DNA from: Eledone cirrhosa
Taxonomy: Eukaryota
Length of the DNA: 64,000 bases
Assembly: GCA_964016885.1 (NCBI GenBank)
Contig: OZ024764.1
Coordinates: 12,462,001 to 12,526,000, forward strand
Direction of reading: 5' to 3'
Shown: positions 27,201 to 40,171 of the stretch, one piece after another
How positions within the stretch are numbered: position 1 is the stretch's first letter
How the letters are laid out: every line of letters begins with the position of its first letter
Notes under the pieces: generated by a model
Database searches by the model: none
Told to the model about the DNA's origin: nothing
What the model saw: only the letters and a program-made list of their open reading frames with translations
Made by a program: the position numbers and the translations under genes

Positions 27201-27555
27201 TACTCAATTACACCTCTCAAAGGAAATGACACACGACCGTGACCTCTGGCGTCACGCAGTAATACAGGGTACCCGACCTCCCATGGGTACATGCTGAAGC
27301 ATATAGACAATATGCCCCAACACCCCCCACCGCAAGGTGGTCGTGGAGGTGCCACGGCAAAAAAGCACCCAGCACTCACTGTAAATGAGGTTGGTGTTAG
27401 GAAGGGCATCCAGCTGTAGAAATCAAGCCAGATCAGTTCCTGTATGAGCAAGGCATGGTCAGCCGACCAGACACTGCCCACAAAAGGACAACCCGTCTAA
27501 CCCATGCTAGCGTGGAAGAACGGACGTAAAACGGTGATGATGATGATTATGATGA
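24235..27555 (+). mobile_element. Near-full-length RTE LINE (APE endonuclease, reverse transcriptase, Cys/His finger), inactivated
   Basis: VGTINVGSM, CCVQETRW, AGDFNGHVG, QFGFVPGRGTTDA, FVDLEKAFD, GVHQGSVLSPLLF, ADDL, CSVC..CPKCKQWVHKRC; in-frame stops at 24941 and 26078, frameshift near 26390; (GAT)n tail. Confidence 0.95.
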
Positions 27556-27689
27556 CACACATATACATATATATGATGATGACACACAAATATATATATA
27601 TGTATATACATACATATATATATATACACATACACACAAATATTTATATATATATACATACATATATATACATACAAATATACATATAT

Positions 27690-27780
27690 ATGAGCAAGAC
27701 AAGGTCAGCCGACCAGACACTGCCCACAACAGGACAACCAGTCTAACCCATGCTAGCATGGAAGAACGGTGATGATGATA
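27690..27780 (+). mobile_element. Very short RTE 3' terminal copy
   Basis: Repeats 27445-27545 and ends in GATGATGAT. Confidence 0.8.
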
Positions 27781-27805
27781 TACATACATACATACATATA
27801 TATAA

Positions 27806-27837
<32 letters not shown>

Positions 27838-29379
27838 ATGTATGTATACATATATACATATGCAAGATCGAAGTCAATTGCAATCGTATTAGTGTCGATC
27901 ATCTCAGGTTACAATCAAAATGATAGGGGCTCGACATCTCATCAGATATGCGAGTTTATATGTGTAAAAATACATTAACACCACATGTAACTCTAATTAC
28001 GAACTTACCTAACATATATATATGTAGGGAGCGGAGATCGGGTAATTGGGCTAAGGACCCTATCGTTAAAACACCCGAGAAAACCTCATAGGAGACACAC
28101 ACCCTTAGAATCTGCTCTGGAATACAAAATTAATTTACAACAGTTTCAGAAAATATTTAACACTGTTGAAGGATCGAATCAACAATTTACGGTCTTTGAT
28201 CTCAATATTGAAAGAAACATTTAAATACATCGTAAATATTTGTTAAAGACAACAGAGCTGCTACAGGGAAAACTAGGAAGAGTTTTAAAACAAAATACAC
28301 TAAATATATTTCCTGTGAATAAAAAAGAAACATGTTGAAATGTATTATTAAATCCCTACATTTTATTGTTTATTTTCAACATGAATTGGAACACATGGTC
28401 TGGGTATTTCATTAGAAATACAGTAACAAGAGACTTCCCCTGGATAGGACGCCAGTCGATTGCAAGGTTAAAGTCTGTCTCAAACCCGGAGCCTCATGAG
28501 ACCGGTACTTATCAAAGTCAGTTAATCAGCTGAAAATACAAGACCCTCACCTGGACAGGACACCAGTCTATGGCAGGGTTACACCCCAAGATACTACTGG
28601 TACTCATGTTAAGCTAAGTATACTGGAGCCACGTGAAATGCAGTGTTTTGCTCAAGAACACAACACAACCCAGGAATGGAACTTATCACATTATGATCGT
28701 AAGTCCAACACTGTCACCACTATGGGGAGAAATACTGAAGGTTGACACGGTGTCTGACAAGATTGACTTAATTACAGGTACAGGCTTCCACACAGTTTCT
28801 GTCTACTAAATTTCAATCACAGGGCATGGGTCAACTGGAGGTTATGATGACACTTGCCCAAGATGTCACCCTCTCACCTAATGGGGAAAAGTGAATCGAT
28901 ATCGATCTGTTAACACTGATCAACACTTCAGCTATGATTACGAGGATGACAGATATACAGGAGAGAGAAAGTTATTTAAAAAGTAGATTTCCAGGGTAAA
29001 GTCCCCACCCCACAGGATGGAGGGAGAGGGTTGGTAGAAATATCTGCCTACAATCTCATGAAATATCTCTGTGTAACTGGGTGGAACAGGACCAAAGTAC
29101 TAAAGACTATAGCAGAGGAGGTGGAGAGGAGTTCCAGCTGGATCTGGTAGAGGAAGAACAACAAAGGTGATCTCCATCCAGATTAAGTGACCCACACACA
29201 ACAGGTTAACGATAGCCAAGTGTCTCAACAACAACAAGCTGTCTTCTCTTTCGAAAACACCTGTAGAGCCACCCACAAGGACGGAAGTGACAGGAAGAAG
29301 GACCACAACAGACCATTTCCCCTGTAATTAAGGTCTTACCTAATATATGTGTGTAGGGGTGGGGATTGAATAACTGCAC

Positions 29380-31270
29380 TGTGAACCCTATCGTTAAAAC
29401 CCCCGGGAATACCTCACAGGAGAGACACACACCCTTAGAATCTGCTCCAGAATACAAAATTAATTTACAATAGATTCAGAAAATATTTAACACTGTTGAA
29501 GAATCGAATCAACAATTTACGGTCTTTGATCTCAATATTGAAAGAAATATTTAAATACATCGTAAATATTAGTTAAAGACAACAGAGCTGCTACAGGGAA
29601 AACTAGGAAGAGTTTTAAAAACCTACACTAAATATATTTCCTGTGAATAAAAAAGAAACATGTTGAAATTTATTATTAAATCCCTACATTTTATTGTTTA
29701 TTTTCAACATGAATTGGAACACGTGGTCTGTGTATTTCATTAGTAATACGGAAGAGAAAGACTGTTAAAATGGTTGATTATGGAGGGAACTAAGGAGGAA
29801 AGATTTACCAAAATATCTCAACATAATATATAAATCTACGTTACCTTTCAGAAAACTGCAACTGTCTCTTTTGAAACCATTTTGCAAGAGTTTTTGTAGA
29901 GCTGGAAAAATTCTACAAAGTGACGGCCATTTTTTTCTTCTTCTTGGTTTGGTTGGAATTGAATGCGCATGCGCGAAACTTGGAAAGACAAGTTCCAAGA
30001 ATCCAAGCCGTATAACGGGGCTCCGTCTAAACAGCCAGGCCATGCCACAGTACAATTTAAGAAGTCTGGCCATGCTACGGCACAGCAAAAAGATACAGGC
30101 CATACTACAGCAGCTTCTAACAAACCTGGCCATGCTACAGCACCATCTAAACAGTCGTGGCCATGCTACAGCACTATCTAAGAAACCTGGCCATACTACA
30201 GCACCATCTAAACAATCAGGCCATACTACAGCACCATCTAAAGAGCCAGGCCATGCTACAGCGCCATCTAAAGAGCCAGGCCATGCTACAGCATCATCTA
30301 AAGAGCCAGGCCATGCTACAGCACCATCTAAAGAGCCAGGCCATGCTACAGCACCATCTAAAGAGCCAGGCCATACTACAGCACCATCTAAAGAGCCAGG
30401 CCATGCTACAGCACCATCTAAAGAGCCAGGCCATGCTACAGCACCATCTAAAGAGCCAGGCCATGCTACAGCACCATCTAAAGAGCCAGGCCATGCTACA
30501 GCACCATCTAAACTTCCTGGCCATGCTACAGCACCATCTAAACTTCCTGGCCATGCTACGGCACTATTCTAACAGCCAGGCCATGCTACAGCACCATCTC
30601 AAGAGCCAGGCCATGCTACAGCACCATCTAAAGAGCCAGGCCATACTACAGCACCATCTAAACAATCAGGCCATACTACAGCACCATCTAAAGAGCCAGG
30701 CCATGCTACAACACCATCTAAAGAGCCAGGCCATGCTACAGCACCATCTAAAGAGCCAGGCCATGCTACAGCACCATCTAAAGAGCCAGGCCATGCTACA
30801 GCACCATCTAAAGAGCCAGGCCATACTACAGCACCATCTAAAGAGCCAGGCCATTCTACAGCACCATCTAAAGAGCCAGGCCATGCTACAGCACCATCTA
30901 AAGAGCCAGGCCATACTACAGCACCATCTAAACAATCAGGCCATACTACAGCACAATCTAAAGAGCCAGGCCATGCTACAGCACCATCTAAAGAGCCAGG
31001 CCATGCTACAGCACCATCTAAACTTCCTGGCCATGCTACGGCACTATTCTAACAGCCAGGCCATGCTACAGCACCATCTAAAGAGCCAGGCCATGCTACA
31101 GCACCATCTAAAGAGCCAGGCCACACTACAGCACCATCTAAAGAGCCAGGCCATGCAACAACACCATCTAAAGAGCCAGGCCATGCTACAGCACCATCTA
31201 ATGAGCCAGGCCATGCTACAGCACCATCCAAACAATCAGGCCATGCTACAGCACCATCTAAATGAGGCCA
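29380..31270 (+). repeat. Inverted segmental duplicate of 1850-3510, including a 30-bp array (30030-31270, ~40 copies)
   Basis: ORF 29848-30123(-) is nearly identical to 2821-3042(+); unit AAGAGCCAGGCCATGCTACAGCACCATCTA. Confidence 0.93.
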
Positions 31271-31431
31271 TGCGCAAAACAATCGTGATCTAACACACAT
31301 ATGTGTGTATATATATATATATGTGTGTATGTATATATATATATATATATATATACGTTATTCCGGGTTCAATCGGGGGTAACCACAGTAAGTAAGGTAC
31401 TCAATACATAGCAGAGTCAAACAGTTTTAAC

Positions 31432-31543
31432 ATAGAAGAGCTTCTACAGGACTAGAACTGTTTCATTCGTGAGAAATCATCAGGGAGCTCCCCGGTGATT
31501 TCTCACGAACGAAACAGTTCTAGTCCTGTAGAAGTTCTTCTAT
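31432..31543. ncRNA. Head-to-head pair of HHR-like motifs (family C) forming a palindrome
   Basis: Minus strand: GAGCTCC-CTGATGA-tTTCtcacGAAt-GAAA-CAG-ttctagtc-CTG-TA|GAAGCTC; plus-strand copy has core CCGGTGA. Confidence 0.6.
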
Positions 31544-31789
31544 ATATATATACATACAGTGACCACCTCTTTCATGGTGGTGTGTATATATATATATACA
31601 TATATATATATACACACATGCGCTCAAAAGTAGGTGGTCTAATTCCCTTAGACAGTACATAGCTGTCATGTATAGTTTGTATAATGTATGTATATGGTGT
31701 ATATGGTGTAGATGTATTATGGAAATGTGACCTTACTGTCTGAAACAAAAGGGGTATCCGGGGTCGTTATTATTCATAGCTGCCATATA

Positions 31790-32046
31790 GACAGGTATAT
31801 ATATATATATACACAGCCATATGTATATATACACACAGCCATATGTATATATACACACAGCCATATGTACATATACACACAGCCATATGTATATATACAC
31901 ACAGCCATATGTATATATACAGATATATATATATATGTATATACTTAACGGGCATAAATATACATATATACAGACACATAGGCATATATATATATATATA
32001 CACACACATCGGCATATATATATATATATTTACACATATACACACA

Positions 32047-32086
<40 letters not shown>

Positions 32087-32186
32087 GGCATATGTATACA
32101 CACAGACACATACATATATATATATATACACACACAGACATATGTATATACTTAAACAGGCATAAATATACATATATACAAACACA

Positions 32187-32232
<46 letters not shown>

Positions 32233-32400
32233 GGCATATATATACACACAGACATATATATACTGACAGGCTTATGTATACAGACAGACACATATATATA
32301 TATATATACACACAGACATATGTATATATTAAACAGGCATAAATATACATATATACAGACACAGACATATATATATAGACACACAGACACACAGACACAC

Positions 32401-32445
<45 letters not shown>

Positions 32446-32506
32446 CATACATATATATATATACAGACACAAGCACATATATATATATATATACACACAC
32501 AGACAC

Positions 32507-32543
<37 letters not shown>

Positions 32544-32549
32544 GACACC

Positions 32550-32604
<55 letters not shown>

Positions 32605-32900
32605 CAGACACACATATATACATATATATATACAGACACAGGCACACATATATATATATATACACACACAGACATAGACATATATATATACATAGACACA
32701 ACATTGTAACTCATAAATTGTCAACACCAACCTCTCGGTCCTATGAATATTTGATGAACCGTTTATGTGTATATATATATATATATATATATGTCTGTAT
32801 ATATATATATATATATGTCTGTATATATATATATATATGTGTGTTTGTGTGTGTCACTAAATCTACCTCTGCCTCTAATATATATATGCACACACATGTA
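31790..32900. repeat. (TA)/(CA)/(GA) compound microsatellite region
   Basis: Direct inspection. Confidence 0.95.
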
Positions 32901-32984
32901 TAGGTGACGCTATTAAGTTAGACATGGGCTGGGCCAATACTGGCTGACACCTATCAAAGTTATATATATATAGTTTAACCCTTT

Positions 32985-35845
32985 ACCATTTACATTACTC
33001 TATATATACTATTGTATTTTCACAGTAAAGGCTTTAACTCACATAATATCTCACATAACATTTACATTACTCTATATATACTATTGTATTTTCACAGTAA
33101 AGGCTTTACCTCACATAATATCTCACATAACATTTACATTACTCTATATAGACTATTGTATTTTCACAGTAAAGGCTTTAACTCACATAATATCTCACAT
33201 AACATTTACATTACTCTATATATACTATTGTATTTTCACAGTAAAGGCTTTACCTCACATAATATCTCACATAACATTTACATTACTCTATATATACTAT
33301 TGTATTTTCACAGTAAAGGCTTTACCTCACATAATATCTCACATAACATTTACATTACTCTATATATACTATTGTATTTTCACAGTAAAGGCTTTACCTC
33401 ACATAACATTTACATTACTCTATATATACTATTATATTTTCACAGTAAAGGCTTTACCTCACATAATATCTCACATAACATTTACATTACTCTATATATA
33501 CTATTGTATTTTCACAGTAAAGGCTTTACCTCACATAATATCTCACATAACATTTACATTACTCTATATATACTATTGTATTTTCACAGTAAAGGCTTTA
33601 CCTCACATAATATCTCACATAACATTTACATTACTCTATATATACTATTGTATTTTCACAGTAAAGGCTTTACCTCACATAATATCTCACATAACATTTA
33701 CATTACTCTATATATACTATTGTATTTTCACAGTAAAGGCTTTACCTCACATAATATCTCACATAACATTTACATTACTCTATATATACTATTGTATTTT
33801 CACAGTAAAGGCTTTACCTCACATAATATCTCACATAACATTTACATTACTCTATATATACTATTGTATTTTCACAGTAAAGGCTTTACCTCACATAATA
33901 TCTCATAACATTTACAGTACTCTATATATACTATTGTATTTTCACAGTAAAGGCTTTACCTCACATAACATTTACATTACTCTATATATACTATTATATT
34001 TTCACAGTAAAGGCTTTACCTCACATAATATCTCACATAACATTTACATTACTCTATATATACTATTGTATTTTCACAGTAAAGGCTTTACCTCACATAA
34101 TATCTCACATAACATTTACATTACTCTATATATACTATTGTATTTTCACAGTAAAGGCTTTACCTCACATAATATCTCACATAACATTTACATTACTCTA
34201 TATATACTATTGTATTTTCACAGTAAAGGCTTTACCTCACATAATATCTCACATAACATTTACATTACTCTATATATACTATTGTATTTTCACAGTAAAG
34301 GCTTTACCTCACATAATATCTCACATAACATTTACATTACTCTATATATACTATTGTATTTTCACAGTAAAGGCTTTACCTCACATAATATCTCACATAA
34401 CATTTACATTACTCTATATATACTATTGTATTTTCACAGTAAAGGCTTTACCTCACATAATATCTCACATAACATTTACATTACTCTATATATACTATTG
34501 TATTTTCACAGTAAAGGCTTTACCTCACATAATATCTCACATAACATTTACATTACTCTATATATACTATTGTATTTTCACAGTAAAGGCTTTACCTCAC
34601 ATAATATCTCACATAACATTTACATTACTCTATATATACTATTGTATTTTCACAGTAAAGGCTTTACCTCACATAATATCTCACATAACATTTACATTAC
34701 TCTATATATACTATTGTATTTTCACAGTAAAGGCTTTACCTCACATAATATCTCACATAACATTTACATTACTCTATATATACTATTGTATTTTCACAGT
34801 AAAGGCTTTACCTCACATAATATCTCACATAACATTTACATTACTCTATATATACTATTGTATTTTCACAGTAAAGGCTTTACCTCACATAATATCTCAC
34901 ATAACATTTACATTACTCTATATATACTATTGTATTTTCACAGTAAAGGCTTTACCTCACATAATATCTCACATAACATTTACATTACTCTATATATACT
35001 ATTGTATTTTCACAGTAAAGGCTTTACCTCACATAATATCTCACATAACATTTACATTACTCTATATATACTATTGTATTTTCACAGTAAAGGCTTTACC
35101 TCACATAATATCTCACATAACATTTACATTACTCTATATATACTATTGTATTTTCACAGTAAAGGCTTTACCTCACATAATATCTCACATAACATTTACA
35201 TTACTCTATATATACTATTGTATTTTCACAGTAAAGGCTTTACCTCACATAATATCTCACATAACATTTACATTACTCTATATATACTATTGTATTTTCA
35301 CAGTAAAGGCTTTACCTCACATAATATCTCACATAACATTTACATTACTCTATATATACTATTGTATTTTCACAGTAAAGGCTTTACCTCACATAATATC
35401 TCACATAACATTTACATTACTCTATATATACTATTGTATTTTCACAGTAAAGGCTTTACCTCACATAATATCTCACATAACATTTACATTACTCTATATA
35501 TACTATTGTATTTTCACAGTAAAGGCTTTACCTCACATAATATCTCACATAACATTTACATTACTCTATATATACTATTGTATTTTCATGGTAAAGCCTT
35601 TACCTCACATAATATCTCACATAACATTTACATTACTCTATATATACTATTGTATTGTCACAGTAAAGGCTTTACCTCACATAATATCTCACATAACATT
35701 TACATTACTCTATATATACTATTGTATTTTCACAGTAAAGTCTTTACCTCACATAATATCTCACATAACATTTACATTACTCTATATATACTATTGTATT
35801 TTCACAGTAAAGTCTTTACCTCACATAATATCTCACATAACATTG
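32985..35845. repeat. Highly homogeneous 72-bp satellite, ~40 copies
   Basis: CATTTACATTACTCTATATATACTATTGTATTTTCACAGTAAAGGCTTTACCTCACATAATATCTCACATAA; begins immediately after TTAACCCTTTA at 32975. Confidence 0.98.
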
Positions 35846-36169
35846 AATCTAAGTAATTTTGATATTATTTATTTTGAGAACAATACCTTAACATCAGTAT
35901 GAGTGGCCAGTTAAAGCAGGTTTGAACAGAAAGAAGTGAGAGAATTCTGGCCGGATATGACCGGTTTAAGGGCTAAAGTCTGTCTCGAACCAGGAAGCTC
36001 ACCAGAGCAGTGTTTATCCCGGTTTCCATGGCATTGAGCGACTGAGAGTACAATACTCCCCAAACCCCTGGAGAGGATGTCAGTCCATCATAGGGTTACA
36101 CTCCGAGTTATTGGTGGTACTCACTTTCAATTGAGTATACTGACGCAACAGTATGATTTCCATCGAAAT

Positions 36170-36221
36170 GGCTTCTACAGCACTAGAACTGTTTCATTCG
36201 AAAGAAATCATCAGGAAAGCC
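36170..36221 (-). ncRNA. HHR-like motif, family C
   Basis: GGCTTTC-CTGATGA-tTTCtttcGAAt-GAAA-CAG..CTG-TA|GAAGCC. Confidence 0.55.
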
Positions 36222-36264
36222 CCCCCCCCACACACACACATATATATATATATACACAAACATA

Positions 36265-36328
<64 letters not shown>

Positions 36329-36406
36329 TATCCGGGAACTTCCAACAGTAATGGTTGCATTCTTTAAGAGTATGTCAATATTTATTTATAAAACTGCTCT
36401 ATATTA

Positions 36407-36471
36407 TATTTTATCTGATGAAAGCACACCATAATTTAACTTGGTGTCCTTGAAATATGTATAATGAAATA
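36407..36471 (+). ncRNA. Type I hammerhead ribozyme (family A) in a ~180-bp TA-flanked element (36329-36511)
   Basis: TATTTTAT-CTGATGA-AAGcACACCA..TGGTGTcCTT-GAAA-TATGTA-TA|ATGAAATA. Confidence 0.75.
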
Positions 36472-36510
36472 AATATGGTTTTATAAATATAGTTTCCATT
36501 TGTTAATATC

Positions 36511-36580
<70 letters not shown>

Positions 36581-36585
<5 letters not shown>

Positions 36586-36773
36586 AACGAGTAGGACCCT
36601 GACGGCTGAGCTCAAGCCGTTTCGACGGCTAATTCCAGTCCAGAATTAGCCGTCGAAACGGCTTGAGCTCAGTCGTCGGGGTCCTACTCGTTCCTATTAC
36701 CCACTCTACTACCCTAAGTATTGAGTACTTTGGTGCGTTATGGTCCACCTGGTTCCTTACCACATTTCCTTCG

Positions 36774-36776
<3 letters not shown>
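36581..36776. mobile_element. Family B pLTR with foldback inversion (palindrome 36581-36697)
   Basis: GAAACGGCttgagctcaGTCGTC|GGGGTCC with a mirror arm; tail shared with 23735-23825. Confidence 0.7.
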
Positions 36777-36814
<38 letters not shown>

Positions 36815-36859
36815 CTTTTACCTATTCCAGTCATCCAGCTAAGGCCATGCTGGGGCACC

Positions 36860-37037
36860 ACCCTTGATAAAGTTCCCAGTCCACACTGTAAACGTGGTTG
36901 GTGTTAGGAAGGGCATCCAGCCGTAGAAAACCTGCCAGACAGTCCTATACGAGCGAGACACGGTCACCTGACCAACCTTGCCTCAAGTGGGACAACTCCC
37001 GTCTAACCCATGCTAGCGTGGAAGATGGACGTTAAAC

Positions 37038-37083
<46 letters not shown>
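36860..37083 (+). mobile_element. RTE-type 3' UTR with (GAT)n tail; minus-strand copies at 14390-14485 and 56790-56990
   Basis: GGTTGGTGTTAGGAAGGGCATCCAGC..AACCCATGCTAGCGTGGAAG..(GAT)n, as at 27390-27550. Confidence 0.8.
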
Positions 37084-37084
<1 letters not shown>

Positions 37085-37257
37085 GGTGTGGTAAGGAACC
37101 AGGTGGACCATAACGCACCAGAGTACTCAATACTTTGGGTAGTAGTGTGGGAAATAGGAAAATAGTCGGGACCCCGACGGCTGAGCTCCGGCCCTCTCAA
37201 CAGCTAGATCCTGTTGAAAGGGCCGGAGCTCAGCCGTCGGGGTCCTGACTATTTTCC

Positions 37258-37260
<3 letters not shown>
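37085..37260. mobile_element. Family B pLTR with foldback inversion
   Basis: Palindrome ~37153-37260 centred on CAGCTAGATCCTG. Confidence 0.7.
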
Positions 37261-37331
<71 letters not shown>

Positions 37332-37387
37332 GGGTACAGCTAGACTTAAATCTACCTTTCATCTTTCTGGGGTGGGGATGATATAGA

Positions 37388-37447
<60 letters not shown>

Positions 37448-38120
37448 GAGAGGAAGTGAGCATTGTTAATGGTGATCGGATGAGGAAGTAGGAAGGGGAG
37501 GGAACCCGGAAGAAGGGGGGGGGGAGGAAGTAGGAGAGCGAGAGAGAGAGAGGGGGGGGGGAGACGGGAGGGGGGGAATGTATGTGACATGTAAGGTGAT
37601 AGAGGTTGAAGTGGTGGTGGTGGTGGTGGTGGTAGTGTTGTTAGTGGTGGTGGTGTTGGTAGTGGTAGTAGTGTTGTTAGTGGTGGTGGTGTTGTTAGTG
37701 GTGGTGGTGTTGTTAGTGGTGGTGGTGTTGTTAGTGGTGGTGGTGTTGTTAGTGGTGGTGGTGTTGTTAGTGGTGGTGGTGTTGTTGGTAGTGGTGTTGG
37801 TAGTGGTGGTGGTGTTGGTAGTGGTGGTGTTGGTAGTGGTGGTGGTGGTGTTGGTAGTGGTGGTGGTGGTGTTGTTAGTGGTGGTGGTGGTGGTGTTGGT
37901 AGTGGTGGAGGTGTTGTTAGTGGTGGTGGTGGTGGTAGTAGTAGTGGTAGTAGTGGAGGTGTATTAGCAGAAGATGGGGAGGGAGCAAAGAGAGAGAGAG
38001 AGAGAGTAAAAGGAAAAGGAGAGAGCAGGGAGAGGAAGGAGAAGACAGAGAAAGGGTTAGTGGAGAGGAAGGGAGGGTAAAGGAGAGGACGAGGGAGAGG
38101 GGTGGTAAGGGGGGCGGGGG
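37260..38120. repeat. (TG)n, (GA)n and (GGT/TAG)n low-complexity tracts
   Basis: Direct inspection. Confidence 0.95.
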
Positions 38121-38664
38121 TGTAGTCATGGTCCACCATGACACACAAAAAAAAACAACAATTTATGGTAATTACCTTAATCAAATTCCATGTATTTAAT
38201 CCATTAGGATGTTGGAGTGTGAGTGGAGGGTGAGTGGAAGTGGAGGTGGAGTGAGGGTTGAGTCGGTGGTGGTGGTGGAGTGCGGGGGGGGGGGTTGAAT
38301 GGTGAGAGAAGGTAGGAGATAGAGAAATATGGTATTAGGATGGTGGAGTGGAGTGTATGAAGGTGTGAGTGGAGTGTATGAGGGGTGAGAGTGTGGGTTC
38401 ACTAGACACATGGGTGGAAGGTGGGGCGGGGGGGAAGGAGATAGACAATATATAATATTGAGAGAGAGAGAGCTGGGTGGGGTGGTAGAATTAAATAGAT
38501 TATGATAGGTGTGTGTGAGGGAGGGATAGAGAAAGAGAGAGAGGTGTAGAGGCAGACAGACAGAGAGAGAGATATATATAGTAAGGGAGAGAGAGAGAGA
38601 GACAAAAAAATTGAGAGGGGTGTAGAGGCAGACAGATAGATAGATAGACATAGTAGGTGATGTG

Positions 38665-40170
38665 GGTAAAAAGTACCCAGTCTACACTGTAAAGTAGTCA
38701 TGTAGGTGTCACAACAAAAGCACCAGTCTACACTGTAAAGTGGTCATGTAGGTGTCACAACAAAAGCACCAGTCTACACTGTAAAGTAGTCATGTAGGTG
38801 TCACAACAAAAACCACCCAGTCCACACTGTAAAGTGGTCATGTAGGTGTCACAACAAAAAGCACCCAGTCCACACTGTAAAGTGGTCATGTAGGTGTCAC
38901 AACAAAAACCACCCAATCCACACTGTAAAGTGGTCATGTAGGTGTCACAACAAAAACCACCCAGTCCACACTGTAAAGTGGTCGTGTAGGTGTCACAGCA
39001 AAAAGCACCCAGTCTACACTGTAAAGTTGTCATGTAGGTGTCACAACAAAAAGCACCCAGTCCACACTGTAAAGAGGTCATGTAGGTGTCACGACAAAAA
39101 GCACCCAGTCCACACTGTAAAGTGGTCATGTAGGTGTCACAACAAAAACCACCCAGTCTCCACTGTAAAGTGGTCATGTAGGCGACATGACAAAAAGCAC
39201 CCAGTCCACACTGTAAAGTGGTCGTGGAGGTGTCACGACAAAAAGCACCCAGTCCACACTGTAAAGTGGTCATGTAGGTGTCACGACAAAAAGCACCCAG
39301 TCCACACTGTAAAGTGGTCATGTAGGTGTCACAACAAAAAGCACCCAGTCCACACTGTAAAGTGGTCATGTAGGTGTCACGACAAAAACCACCCAGTCTC
39401 CACTGTAAAGTGGTCATGTAGGCGACATGACAAAAAGCACCCAGTCCACACTGTAAAGTGGTCATGTAGGTGTCACAACAAAAACCACCCAGTCCACACT
39501 GTAAAGTGGTCATGTAGGCGACATGACAAAAAGCACCCAGTCCACACTGTAAAGTGGTCGTGGAGGTGTCACGACAAAAAGCACCCAGTCCACACTATAA
39601 AGTGGTCATGTAGGTGTCACAACAAAAAGCACCCAGTCCACACTGTAAAGTGGTCATGTAGGTGTCACGACAAAAACCACCCAGTCTCCACTGTAAAGTG
39701 GTCATGTAGGCGACATGACAAAAAGCACCCAGTCCACACTGTAAAGTGGTCGTGGAGGTGTCACGACAAAAAGCACCCAGTCCACACTGTAAAGTGGTCA
39801 TGTAGGTGTCACGACAAAAAGCACCCAGTCCACACTGTAAAGTGGTCATGTAGGTGTCACGACAAAAACCACCCAGTCTCCACTGTAAAGTGGTCATGTA
39901 GGCGACATGACAAAAAGCACCCAGTCCACACTGTAAAGTGGTCGTGGAGGTGTCACGACAAAAAGCACCCAGTCCACACTGTAAAGTGGTCGTGGAGGTG
40001 TCACGACAAAAAGCACCCAGTCCACACTGTAAAGTGGTCGTGGAGGTGTCACAACAAAAAGCACCCAGTCCACACTGTAAAGTGGTCATGTAGGTGTCAC
40101 GACAAAAAGCACCCAGTCTACACTGTAAAGTGGTCATGTAGGCGACATGACAAAAAGCACCCAGCCCACC
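38665..40170 (+). repeat. 48-bp tandem array (~31 copies) derived from the RTE 3' UTR
   Basis: AAAAAGCACCCAGTCCACACTGTAAAGTGGTCATGTAGGTGTCACAAC matches 27333-27385 and 42978-43127. Confidence 0.93.
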
Positions 40171-40171
40171 A

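Noticed and set aside
24251-27297. Active LINE or host reverse-transcriptase gene
   Set aside because: Two premature stops, a frameshift at the YADD region and further deletions
33012-35856. 298- and 640-aa ORFs of 24-aa repeats
   Set aside because: Translation of a 72-bp satellite with TTG starts and no unique flanking coding sequence
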